From a virus (taxonomy: Duplodnaviria; Caudoviricetes), in IMG/VR virus record IMGVR_UViG_3300032295_002044, positions 1 through 41,238 of that record: 41,238 nucleotides of DNA; one strand, given 5' to 3'. Positions 18,208-25,578 of this stretch are shown here, piece by piece. Every line of letters begins with the position of its first letter. Position 1 is the first letter of the stretch. The position numbers and the translations under genes are program-made. A model generated the notes under the pieces. The model was not told where the DNA came from, made no database searches, and saw only the letters and a program-made list of their open reading frames with translations.

Positions 18208-18312
18208 ACATTGCGTTGCGTGGTGCTGAGCGGCGTGGAGTAGCTACGAGTCGCAGTGAGATGAGCCGCGAGACTATGAATCGAGGTGCGTTGAAGCGCG
18301 TCGAGGCGCGCC
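18208..18312 (-). ncRNA. Periodic pentamer tract 4, candidate guide RNA
   Basis: 21 in-register pentamers (acatt gcgtt gcgtg gtgct gagcg gcgtg gagta ... gaggc gcgcc); 14 of 21 GCG/GAG. Confidence 0.75.
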
Positions 18313-18353
18313 TGTTGTCTTGAGGTATACCATTCGTTCTATCCAAGTTTGGT

Positions 18354-18373
18354 ATGGGGGCTTTCGCCCCCAC
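18354..18373 (-). other. GC-rich GAAA-tetraloop hairpin upstream of the periodic array
   Basis: - strand GTGGGGGC-GAAA-GCCCCCAT right after the stop at 18377; no U-tract follows. Confidence 0.55.
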
Positions 18374-18376
18374 CCG

Positions 18377-18607
18377 TTAGCCCACCCGCCAAACGCGGAT
18401 GTGCGTGTCACTCTCCTGGGCCGCACGGAACGAGCCGTCGATCCCACAGTTGCGGATGAAGTTACGCATAGACGGCAGCTTGTACTCAACGCGGAAGCTG
18501 TCACCCACATGCATGGCATTCATGGTGGCGATCATGGCTTCACGCTTCTTCGACTTGCGCCCCATGTAGTTTCGGGGGACAGGGACGCCCTTCTCAATCT
18601 CGAACAT
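18377..18607 (-). CDS. Small putative DNA-binding protein
   Basis: MFEIEKGVPVP...M.VGDSF...F.......IRVWR motif common in phage small proteins; SD GGAG. Confidence 0.65.
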   Translation of the reverse strand: MFEIEKGVPVPRNYMGRKSKKREAMIATMNAMHVGDSFRVEYKLPSMRNFIRNCGIDGSFRAAQESDTHIRVWRVG

Positions 18608-18767
18608 CAACAATCTCCGTAATCACTGCATAGACCTTGGCGTCGCCGCGTTCGGTCCAAACTGCTCCATGCAGACCAACTTCGTCCCCGACCTTCCAAT
18701 TCTGCCCATCAGCACGGGGCAGAACGTCAACTTCACGCATGATCAACCCGTTGTAGTTCGGGTTCAT
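18594..18767 (-). CDS. Hypothetical protein
   Basis: MNPNYNGLIMREV... 57 aa; ATGA-type overlap with the upstream gene. Confidence 0.5.
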   Translation of the reverse strand: MNPNYNGLIMREVDVLPRADGQNWKVGDEVGLHGAVWTERGDAKVYAVITEIVDVRD

Positions 18768-19021
18768 TGCTTTGACCCGTTGAGCTTGCACCACTCCACC
18801 GGGTCCACCCCCTTCAAGTCCCACCATGTCTTCTCATCCCCATAAGCATGCAGTTCTGTGTGATGGTCAGCGCACAAAGGAACGGCCCAATCATCACCAC
18901 TCTTTCTGCCCATAGCCGAAGGCTCGGCAAACATCAGGTGGTGTGCCTGTGCCCATCTTTCGCAGATCAGACAGCCTTGCGTCCTGACCCACGTCAGATG
19001 CTTTGTGTTCTTAACCCTCAT
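18764..19021 (-). CDS. DUF968 / Ref-like HNH-type zinc-binding nuclease
   Basis: HL.WVR...CLIC....AHH...G.KS.D...VPLC..HH.ELH..G. Confidence 0.75.
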   Translation of the reverse strand: MRVKNTKHLTWVRTQGCLICERWAQAHHLMFAEPSAMGRKSGDDWAVPLCADHHTELHAYGDEKTWWDLKGVDPVEWCKLNGSKQ

Positions 19022-19475
19022 TCAGCGTCTCGATAGGCTTGAGTACATCCCTGGGAACGAAGTAGGCGGGCGGTCTGTTGTTCTTCGGATCAGTCAGCCA
19101 CTTCTCGTCTTGGCCTTCGTATCCCCAAATCCAACCAACGATATCCAGTTCGGGCGCATCACCAGTCACGAGAACGTACTTGTGAAAGGGCGGGTCATCG
19201 GCGGTCATGATGAGCCTGCCGTTCTTGTGTCTGGTAGTGCGGACCTGAATGTCTGGTTCTAGGTCGGGGCCTTTGAAGGTGTTGAGGATGAAGCCTGGGT
19301 AGATGTTCAGGATTCTCGCAACAGCCAGTTCTCCAAAGGCCCCGAGAATATGGAAGTCCTCGGACAACTCAGGCGCCAGTCCACGAGTCTGCCTACGATT
19401 GCGTCCGTTGTCGTGCCGGGTGATGCCGACAGTCTTGCCGACCGCAATCTCCAACTCGTCCAGGCGAATGAGCAT
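19011..19475 (-). CDS. Putative PD-(D/E)XK-like nuclease-fold protein
   Basis: GA.GELAVA..L...PD....IQVRTT...L...D...YVLV...GWI.G. Confidence 0.5.
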   Translation of the reverse strand: MLIRLDELEIAVGKTVGITRHDNGRNRRQTRGLAPELSEDFHILGAFGELAVARILNIYPGFILNTFKGPDLEPDIQVRTTRHKNGRLIMTADDPPFHKYVLVTGDAPELDIVGWIWGYEGQDEKWLTDPKNNRPPAYFVPRDVLKPIETLNEG

Positions 19476-19483
19476 GACCTACC

Positions 19484-19759
19484 TCAGAAGGGAATATCGT
19501 CGTCGAAGACGTTCTTCGGAGCAGCCTTGGCAGGCTGCTTGTTCTCGGAAAGCTGAACCGAGTAGAACTTGCCGCTCTTGCCTTCCTTGACCCAGGCAGC
19601 CATCCGCAGCTTCAGCGGCTCGTTCTTCTTGGCCAGTTCGACCAGAACCTTCAGCGTCTCCATGTTGATCTCAACGTCGCCGCTGAGGTCAGGAGCCTTC
19701 TCGTTGGCCTTGTTGCGGTTGATGAAGAGCGCGCCGCCGTAGTACTTCTTAGTTTCCAT
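19484..19759 (-). CDS. Single-stranded DNA-binding-like protein
   Basis: GALF.N..K...KAPD.SG...AAW......GKFYS with acidic DDDIPF tail. Confidence 0.7.
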   Translation of the reverse strand: METKKYYGGALFINRNKANEKAPDLSGDVEINMETLKVLVELAKKNEPLKLRMAAWVKEGKSGKFYSVQLSENKQPAKAAPKNVFDDDIPF

Positions 19760-20423
19760 TGCCGTTGTCCTTGTTCGTGAGTTCGACCTTCCGCTTGGTG
19801 AAGGCGGCGGTGACGCGCTTCAGCGCATCGGGGTTGTGTTCCTTCAGGACATTGCGTGCCTGGACATTCTCAGACCAGAACTCACGCAACTGCTCCTCGG
19901 TCTCACAGGTCGGGACGAACTCCATGAAGACTGCCTCGGCCTGCTCCGTGTTGACCTTCGGGGCAGCATCCTTCTTGGGGGTGTCCGTGCCGATCCCAAT
20001 GATGTCAGCCGGGTTGGTCTCGTCAGCATCGCTGTCCTTCTCGCCCGTGGCGACGGAGAACAACTGACGCATGAACACCTTGTCCAAGTAGGACATGGCA
20101 GAGCCAACTGTCTGAGCGCCCTGGATCGGATGGATGATCGTCAGCGTGCTGAACCTGGGGGTGTAGTCGCCGCTGCTGTGCATCAGAGCCACCTCGTAGG
20201 TGGCCTTGATGACGCCGGTCTTGCCCACGTCAGCCATCACCTCGAAGGCAGTCTCGGAGGCGATCCAAGACAGGCCGTTCTTGGCTGCGGTCGCGGCAAC
20301 CTTCTCGTAGTAGGTGTCGATGGACACGTACTTGTATCGGCCATGAGGGTTCATGGCAGACTTACCCAGGCTGCCCACCTGTTCGCGTGTGGCGATGATC
20401 GCCTTGATTGTCTCAGGTTTCAT
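19749..20423 (-). CDS. ERF-family single-strand annealing protein
   Basis: From MKPETIK (SD AGGAGAG): K.A.NPHG.YKY.SID...Q..GSA.SY..K......F..ATGE.D.DAD. Confidence 0.8.
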   Translation of the reverse strand: MKPETIKAIIATREQVGSLGKSAMNPHGRYKYVSIDTYYEKVAATAAKNGLSWIASETAFEVMADVGKTGVIKATYEVALMHSSGDYTPRFSTLTIIHPIQGAQTVGSAMSYLDKVFMRQLFSVATGEKDSDADETNPADIIGIGTDTPKKDAAPKVNTEQAEAVFMEFVPTCETEEQLREFWSENVQARNVLKEHNPDALKRVTAAFTKRKVELTNKDNGNGN

Positions 20424-20451
20424 TCGTCTCTCCTTTAGTGCGCCCAACCTA

Positions 20452-20817
20452 TCACTCTTCGATGAGCGATGCAAGGTCCGGAGGCGTCCATCCTTCAGGT
20501 TTCAAGATTTTTCCATCGGCGCGCTTTTTCACAAAGCCCGTCTCAGGATCAACCTTTGCCATATTAGACCGGATCACCTCCTTCCAACCTTCATCCATCG
20601 GAAGCCCGGCAGAGTGTCCTGCCCCAATGCACACAACGATGATGTCGAGGAGTGCGTCGAAGACTTCAGTCTTGTCGCCAAGCAAGGCGGCGGCAACAAG
20701 CTCTTCGGTCTCCTCCTCGATCAGCTTCAGGTAGAGGTGAAACTGATCGTCGTTCCTCACGCCAACGGTCTGACCGCAGGCCAGCATGAACGCGGCTTGA
20801 TCTGCAAAGACGCTCAC
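20452..20817 (-). CDS. MazG-like / PRA-PH NTP pyrophosphohydrolase
   Basis: LIEEE.EEL...DAL.D...V..G...W.EV.RSNM.K...RADGKILKP.GW.PPDL. Confidence 0.85.
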   Translation of the reverse strand: MSVFADQAAFMLACGQTVGVRNDDQFHLYLKLIEEETEELVAAALLGDKTEVFDALLDIIVVCIGAGHSAGLPMDEGWKEVIRSNMAKVDPETGFVKKRADGKILKPEGWTPPDLASLIEE

Positions 20818-21035
20818 GACTCTCTCCTCTTCAGCTTGCCCAACATGATCTCAGCGCCGGGACCCATGACGATCTTCTCCACCGACAGGACGTAGCCGAC
20901 GAGAAGGTTATCGAGTTCGTTCATCTCGCTCGCAGGCAGGGTGAAGGACCACCGATCCCCAATGCGAGACGCAAACTTCTTGAACTCTGCCTCGTTGAAA
21001 TCCGCAAAGCAGTGGGCTGTCTTGTGTTCGCTCAT
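20814..21035 (-). CDS. Hypothetical protein
   Basis: 73 aa; 4-nt overlaps with both neighbours. Confidence 0.5.
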   Translation of the reverse strand: MSEHKTAHCFADFNEAEFKKFASRIGDRWSFTLPASEMNELDNLLVGYVLSVEKIVMGPGAEIMLGKLKRRES

Positions 21036-21295
21036 CCTTCTTCCTTTCGTGTTGGGGCAGGAGTTTCCACCGCCCTCATCGCCTTCATCACAGACCTGTA
21101 GTCGGCCATCGCCTTCTCTGCCGCCGCCTCAAGCTGCACTCGTGCTGCCTCAAAGCCAGCGCGCCAGCCCTCAGCAAAGTCGATAGTGATGCGCTCGTTC
21201 TTCATCGGCACTCCCCAGGGTTTCGCACAGGGCCTGTCGCACTTGGCGTTGTCGCCATGCGGATCGCACTCGCAGTGATAGACGCCTTCACTCAC
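21032..21295 (-). CDS. Hypothetical protein (Cys-rich N-terminus)
   Basis: 87 aa; tight operon packing. Confidence 0.45.
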   Translation of the reverse strand: MSEGVYHCECDPHGDNAKCDRPCAKPWGVPMKNERITIDFAEGWRAGFEAARVQLEAAAEKAMADYRSVMKAMRAVETPAPTRKEEG

Positions 21296-21459
21296 GGTTC
21301 TTCCCTCACGAATCTCGCAAGGTGGTTGAGGTCAACGATCATCAACTCAACTTGCGACATGATGTACACGTTGTCCTTCACATGAGCCTCGTCGGCCAAA
21401 GCTCTCAGCGCGCTCTTGGCTTCATCGAACATGCGGAACAGCCGCTCATGCTCATTCAT
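21292..21459 (-). CDS. Hypothetical protein (55 aa, not in ORF track)
   Basis: MNEHERLFRMFDEAKSALRALADEAHVKDNVYIMSQVELMIVDLNHLARFVREEP*; SD GGAGG; fills the gap with overlaps at both ends. Confidence 0.55.
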   Translation of the reverse strand: MNEHERLFRMFDEAKSALRALADEAHVKDNVYIMSQVELMIVDLNHLARFVREEP

Positions 21460-21730
21460 TGTCCGGCCTCCTCAGCGCATCGAGCGCCGTCTGAATTGCC
21501 ATCTCGTGCCGATCACCATCAGGGCTGACGATGGTGTCGTAGTCCCCTGAGTGAGCGATCTTCTCCAGTGCTGCCCGAAGGCGAGCGACTTCCTTCTCGG
21601 CCTCGGCAACGGCCTTCAGTTGGAAGATGCCCTTCGACACTTCGACAAGGATGTTCTCCTTGATCTTTGGGGCAGAACCCCGAGCGACGTGGGCGCTTCG
21701 TTCGGCGGCGCTGTTGCTTTGGTCGGTCAA
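21452..21730 (-). CDS. Hypothetical protein
   Basis: 92 aa; EVARLRAALEKIA motif; overlaps neighbours. Confidence 0.5.
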   Translation of the reverse strand: MTDQSNSAAERSAHVARGSAPKIKENILVEVSKGIFQLKAVAEAEKEVARLRAALEKIAHSGDYDTIVSPDGDRHEMAIQTALDALRRPDNE

Positions 21731-22059
21731 GCTCCCTCTCCCTTCAGAGCTTCACGCGCAATCAAGACAGCCATCTCATGCCCATCTCGGCAGTAGCCAA
21801 TGTCCTTGCCCGGCATGCCGATCCGACGAAGGGCATAGGACTGCTCCATGTTCGTCCCAGACAGATGCAGGGTCTTCTCGATCCAGTCCACGATGTCCAG
21901 TTGCGCCTTGCTGAGATCACGGGAGAGACGGGCGCACACCTGACGCAGCAGTTCGATTTCATTAGCTGCCTGAGAGACAATCAGGGCTTCGTCAGTAGCG
22001 CCAAGGTCATTAGCATCCTCAGCGCATGACCGGAGTCGATCTACGATATCCTCAGCCAT
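21727..22059 (-). CDS. Hypothetical protein, DIVDRLR family
   Basis: MAEDIVDRLR...AANEIELLR. Confidence 0.55.
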   Translation of the reverse strand: MAEDIVDRLRSCAEDANDLGATDEALIVSQAANEIELLRQVCARLSRDLSKAQLDIVDWIEKTLHLSGTNMEQSYALRRIGMPGKDIGYCRDGHEMAVLIAREALKGEGA

Positions 22060-22061
22060 TG

Positions 22062-22307
22062 CTACTGCCCCTCAGCCCCAGGCCAAGCGCCGCCGACATG
22101 CAGCAGCGCAAGCTTTGCCTTCTCAATCCACCAGAGAATGTCGCCGCCGTCTGGTTCGCTGCTGGCGAAATACGGCGACTCGTCTTGGTTCATGCCGATG
22201 ATGATGCACATCTTGAGATCGGCCTTCATGGCTTGCTCAAGGATGCGCTCCACCGGGACAGGAAGGGTTGAGATCACGGGCAGGATGACCACGTTGTCGT
22301 CAGGCAT
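22062..22307 (-). CDS. Conserved phage hypothetical protein
   Basis: NVV.LP...LP..RIL..A...IIG...YFASS..DGGD.LW..E.AK. Confidence 0.6.
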   Translation of the reverse strand: MPDDNVVILPVISTLPVPVERILEQAMKADLKMCIIIGMNQDESPYFASSEPDGGDILWWIEKAKLALLHVGGAWPGAEGQ

Positions 22308-22542
22308 AGCCGCTCCTTTTCAGAGCCCTGATCGCCGCCATCATCTCTTCATCGCGGTTCATGATCTCATGAAACGTGAGGCCGTCTTCACTCACGGGTC
22401 TGTCTGCAATGACTTCCCATGCTTCATCGAGCGCAAGGATGCGTGCGTTCAGGATCATCTTACTGATGGCGGTCGCCTGCTCGGCGTTCACCACCATGCC
22501 GGTGGCCGCGTAAATCTCGTCAGCCCATTGCTCTGCGTTCAT
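22300..22542 (-). CDS. Hypothetical protein
   Basis: From MNAEQWADEI, 80 aa. Confidence 0.45.
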   Translation of the reverse strand: MNAEQWADEIYAATGMVVNAEQATAISKMILNARILALDEAWEVIADRPVSEDGLTFHEIMNRDEEMMAAIRALKRSGYA

Positions 22543-22709
22543 CACCAGAACCCCAGCATGACACCGCTGCCGTGGATGATCCCGACCGGGAAGACGAACG
22601 TCCCAACGATCAGCATCGCGGCCCAGTTCGTCGCAACGCACACCCACACATGCACGAGCATCGCAAGCGCGCACCAGAGGAAGGCCAGCGCACCAATGAT
22701 ATCGCTCAC
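22542..22709 (-). CDS. Small membrane protein
   Basis: GTG start; two hydrophobic segments ending FPVGIIHG.GV.LGFW. Confidence 0.55.
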   Translation of the reverse strand: MSDIIGALAFLWCALAMLVHVWVCVATNWAAMLIVGTFVFPVGIIHGSGVMLGFW

Positions 22710-23167
22710 TTGCCGGTCTCCTTCTTGGCAAACTTCTTCATGCGGACTCGCCATGCGTGACGAGCGCGCTCTCGCGCTGCCTCAAGCGCCTCGGCGCTCT
22801 TGTACCAATGGTGCTTGACCGGAGTATTCTTGGTCAGAGGAGGCAGCAGTCCTTCCTCAACCATCGTGGCGCGACGCAGACCAACGATCTTGCGAGACAG
22901 ACCAACCTGAAGGGCGATGTCGTTCACAGGGCGACCACGAAGAAGCATGTCGTCAACGACCTCCATCTTGGTCGGCTTGCGACGCTTGGCCTCGGTCTTC
23001 TCCTTAGAACCCAGCCACCAGGGTTCTTCGTTTTCGCTCTTCACCCCAAGGAGGGAAGACAGCGCGTCCTCATCCACGACATAGACGTTGCCGTTCTCAT
23101 GCAGGACAAGGAACTCTCCTGCCTTTGCGCGAACGTCGTTGTTCAACTTCAACATGCTCTTAATCAC
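22706..23167 (-). CDS. Putative HTH DNA-binding protein
   Basis: LLRG.PVNDIA.QVGLSRKIV HTH-like segment; basic C-terminus. Confidence 0.5.
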   Translation of the reverse strand: MIKSMLKLNNDVRAKAGEFLVLHENGNVYVVDEDALSSLLGVKSENEEPWWLGSKEKTEAKRRKPTKMEVVDDMLLRGRPVNDIALQVGLSRKIVGLRRATMVEEGLLPPLTKNTPVKHHWYKSAEALEAARERARHAWRVRMKKFAKKETGK

Positions 23168-23176
23168 TGGTCTCTC

Positions 23177-23404
23177 CTATTCAGCCGGGACCGTTCGTCC
23201 CATTCGTTCTGCCCGTCCAAAAAACTTGGCATCCGCCAGGGCAAGGCGTTTGCCAACGTAATCTCCACCGGCTGCGTGATGCTTTGCCTCAGCAAGAGCC
23301 AAGGCGCGCATGGCGCGCTGGTTCTTTCCCTCTGACGCCGCCTGTCTCGCATAGTCAGCGAGCTTCGTTGACGTGAGAAAAAGACAGAGTTGTTTGTCCC
23401 TCAT
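23177..23404 (-). CDS. Hypothetical protein
   Basis: 75 aa; ATGA overlap with upstream gene. Confidence 0.45.
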   Translation of the reverse strand: MRDKQLCLFLTSTKLADYARQAASEGKNQRAMRALALAEAKHHAAGGDYVGKRLALADAKFFGRAERMGRTVPAE

Positions 23405-23811
23405 GCCACCTTCCCGGAGACTTGGATCATCGGGCAGGCCCAGTGGGGAAGCTTGATGACGAGCCAGCCGTCCTCAATCGACCAGGGCACATCCTGTGCC
23501 GGCTTGTTCTCTCTGAGATTCACATCATCGAAGGGGACGGCGATGCTGCATCCACCGGACCTCCAAGCTGCGTGCCTGCATTCATGAGCAAGCGCGTCCT
23601 CCGGAGCCATGCGAATCCGGAGCTTGCCTGCAAGCCTGTTGCGCTCAACGATCACCTTGCTGTTGTCCGTCGCGCCGAGTGCGATTTCGGCGGCGACCTT
23701 CTTGGTCAGGGAGATTGCGAGAGCCCGGCTCTTCCTGCCGTTTGGCACGCGCCAAGCGACGGTCACTCCGTTGCTTCTGCTGGCTGATGTCTCAATCCGT
23801 TCCCAAGTCAT
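23401..23811 (-). CDS. Hypothetical protein
   Basis: 136 aa, beta-rich, ends L.IKLP.WA. Confidence 0.55.
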   Translation of the reverse strand: MTWERIETSASRSNGVTVAWRVPNGRKSRALAISLTKKVAAEIALGATDNSKVIVERNRLAGKLRIRMAPEDALAHECRHAAWRSGGCSIAVPFDDVNLRENKPAQDVPWSIEDGWLVIKLPHWACPMIQVSGKVA

Positions 23812-24035
23812 GCTGCCCTACCGCGAATGGAGTTACGAACTTGCTTTCTGAAGTTGAGGGCTGCTCGTCTGTCTGATGGGCTTCCTGAAACACCCATGCT
23901 CAGGACCTTCCCATCAACGACATAGAGTAGCTTGTGATGCTTCTTGCCGAACTCGATCTGCCAGGGGATGCCAGCGTCATCGAGGTCTTGAATGGCAAGG
24001 GCGATGTGTTCCCTCACTTGCTTGGTGAGCTTCAT
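23808..24035 (-). CDS. HicA-like (dsRBD-fold) small protein
   Basis: From MKLTKQV: G..W.I..GKKH.KL....G......SGSPSDRRA..N.R..VR. Confidence 0.5.
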   Translation of the reverse strand: MKLTKQVREHIALAIQDLDDAGIPWQIEFGKKHHKLLYVVDGKVLSMGVSGSPSDRRAALNFRKQVRNSIRGRAA

Positions 24036-24128
24036 TGAAAGAGCCACCGTAGGAGAAGGCCAGCGGCTAGCGTTCCAAAGAAGCCAGCACAGAAGACCAT
24101 TCCCAACGCGGCGAGTATGGCAGGCCAG

Positions 24129-25019
24129 TCATGCCTTGAGCTTCTTGTATTGGTCGCACCATTGCGCGACCTGACAGTAGCTATCGCAGCGCGTGTTCTC
24201 TCCAGGGCGCTCTTCAATGTAGCCCTTATTCTCTCTCGCATATTCTTCGGCCTCTTCTCTCTCGTGCGTGTTGAACAACCTCAGCGCCCGGACGCGGCCT
24301 TCTTTCATCACGGCCAGCTTACCGGGTCTGAACCAACGTTCTTCGTCGGTGCATTCAGGCATGGGCTCACCCCAATCGAAGCGGCGTTCCGCATCCTGAT
24401 GGAGCTTCATGCGTTCAGTGACGTATCGCTCGCGTTCAGCGAACGACCAGAGTGTTTGGGGCAGAACAACAAGAGGAACGGCAGGGTAGCTCTCGCGCCG
24501 CTCGGCCTCGTGCTTGCTCCAGTCTCGGACCACAGCGTTGATCGTCAGACCAACCACGGTCCATCCACGAAGCTTCTCGACTAGGTAGGCATAGCAATTA
24601 AGCTGACGCTCCCAGTCGGGCTTGGGATTCATGACGGCCCATGCCGTCGTCATCTTGTAGTCGGAGATGGCAACCTGACGTTCGCCATCGGCGCCCGTCC
24701 CAAGGATTTGGAGATCAATGCCGCCGCTCAGGCGCCAGCCTGCAACCTGTGTGAAGAGACGTTCCTCTGCGACGTGCTGCTCGTCAGCGCCCTGCTCCAC
24801 GACATAGTGGAGAGCGCGACCCAGCAGCGGCCACAGGATTTCCGAAACGTCCGTGACGATCATGTTTTTGTTGGTCATCTCGCTCCGAAGGATTCGGATA
24901 CGAGGCGAGCCGATAAGCTCGGTCACGGAGATGTTCGCATTGCCCCGGCTATAGGTGTCTCGCAGTGCGAGATTGACCAGGGTCTGCGGTAGGTTGTGCT
25001 TGTTGGTGATGTTCGCCAT
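24129..25019 (-). CDS. PD-(D/E)XK exonuclease (Cas4-like/RecB-family phage exonuclease)
   Basis: ISVTELI..PR, G.A.H, EER, SG.ID, DYK.T, QLN.YAYL, C-terminal RC..YC.VA.WC.QY; lies upstream of ERF and SSB. Confidence 0.85.
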   Translation of the reverse strand: MANITNKHNLPQTLVNLALRDTYSRGNANISVTELIGSPRIRILRSEMTNKNMIVTDVSEILWPLLGRALHYVVEQGADEQHVAEERLFTQVAGWRLSGGIDLQILGTGADGERQVAISDYKMTTAWAVMNPKPDWERQLNCYAYLVEKLRGWTVVGLTINAVVRDWSKHEAERRESYPAVPLVVLPQTLWSFAERERYVTERMKLHQDAERRFDWGEPMPECTDEERWFRPGKLAVMKEGRVRALRLFNTHEREEAEEYARENKGYIEERPGENTRCDSYCQVAQWCDQYKKLKA

Positions 25020-25136
25020 GCATCCTAAGATACATATATTCTGCCCCAGATCAACTGGGAATCATCGACTTGCCGATAAAAAAGTTGAGCAATCGGTGCG
25101 CTTGATCGGCCACAATATGTTGTGCATGATTGGGCC
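25020..25136. promoter_or_regulatory. Divergent sigma70-type promoters
   Basis: + strand TTGATC(25102)-17-CATGAT(25125); - strand TTGATC(25054)-16-TATCTT(25032); near-palindrome CACAATATGTTGTG at 25111-25124. Confidence 0.45.
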
Positions 25137-25532
25137 ATGAAGCCCGTGCATCTTGTGGTCTATGGCGAGCCAGCCAGTAAGGCCAACAGTCGGAAGCTTG
25201 TGCTGTTCGGCAACCGGCCTGCCTCCATCAAGTCGGACAAGGCTCGCGGTTACGCCCGTGACTTTCTGTTACAGGTGAGGCCGCTCGATCCCCTACTTGA
25301 GGGCGAGCTACGGATGGACCTGTGGATTTACTATGCCAGCCAGCGCCCCGATTTAGACGAGAGTCTTATCCTCGATCTGCTTCAGGAGAAGGTCTACAAG
25401 AACGACCGTCAGGTGCGAGAGCGCCATGTCTATCACTGCATAGACAAGGCCAACCCCCGGATTGAGGTCATCATCCAGCACCGCGATCCCCTGTTCGCTG
25501 TGGCAGAACTTCAAAGGCTGAAGGGGAAGTAG
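25137..25532 (+). CDS. rusA: RusA-like Holliday junction resolvase
   Basis: GEPASKANSR...RPDLD....LD.LQ..VY.NDRQV...DK.NPR.EV. Confidence 0.8.
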   Translation: MKPVHLVVYGEPASKANSRKLVLFGNRPASIKSDKARGYARDFLLQVRPLDPLLEGELRMDLWIYYASQRPDLDESLILDLLQEKVYKNDRQVRERHVYHCIDKANPRIEVIIQHRDPLFAVAELQRLKGK

Positions 25533-25536
25533 GCCA

Positions 25537-25578
25537 AACGAAAAGCGACCCGTACACCGTGGGGTGCAGAGGGGTCGC
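25537..25578 (-). terminator. Probable intrinsic terminator of the primase-helicase transcript
   Basis: Stem GCGACCC(25545)...GGGTCGC(25578), followed on the - strand by TTTTCGTTT. Confidence 0.5.

Noticed and set aside
17150-18312. CRISPR array or simple microsatellite
   Set aside because: There are no 25-40 bp identical repeats with spacers. The pentamers are not copies of one unit, since two of five positions vary freely while the register is kept.
24032-24132. Hydrophobic peptide DWPAILAALGMVFCAGFFG...
   Set aside because: It could be a tiny membrane protein, but the overlapping ATG at 24132 is in another frame and I cannot support a start.
24129-25019. Cas4 as an adaptation gene for the array
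   Set aside because: It sits with ERF and SSB as a typical phage recombination exonuclease, 6 kb from the array; no evidence links them.
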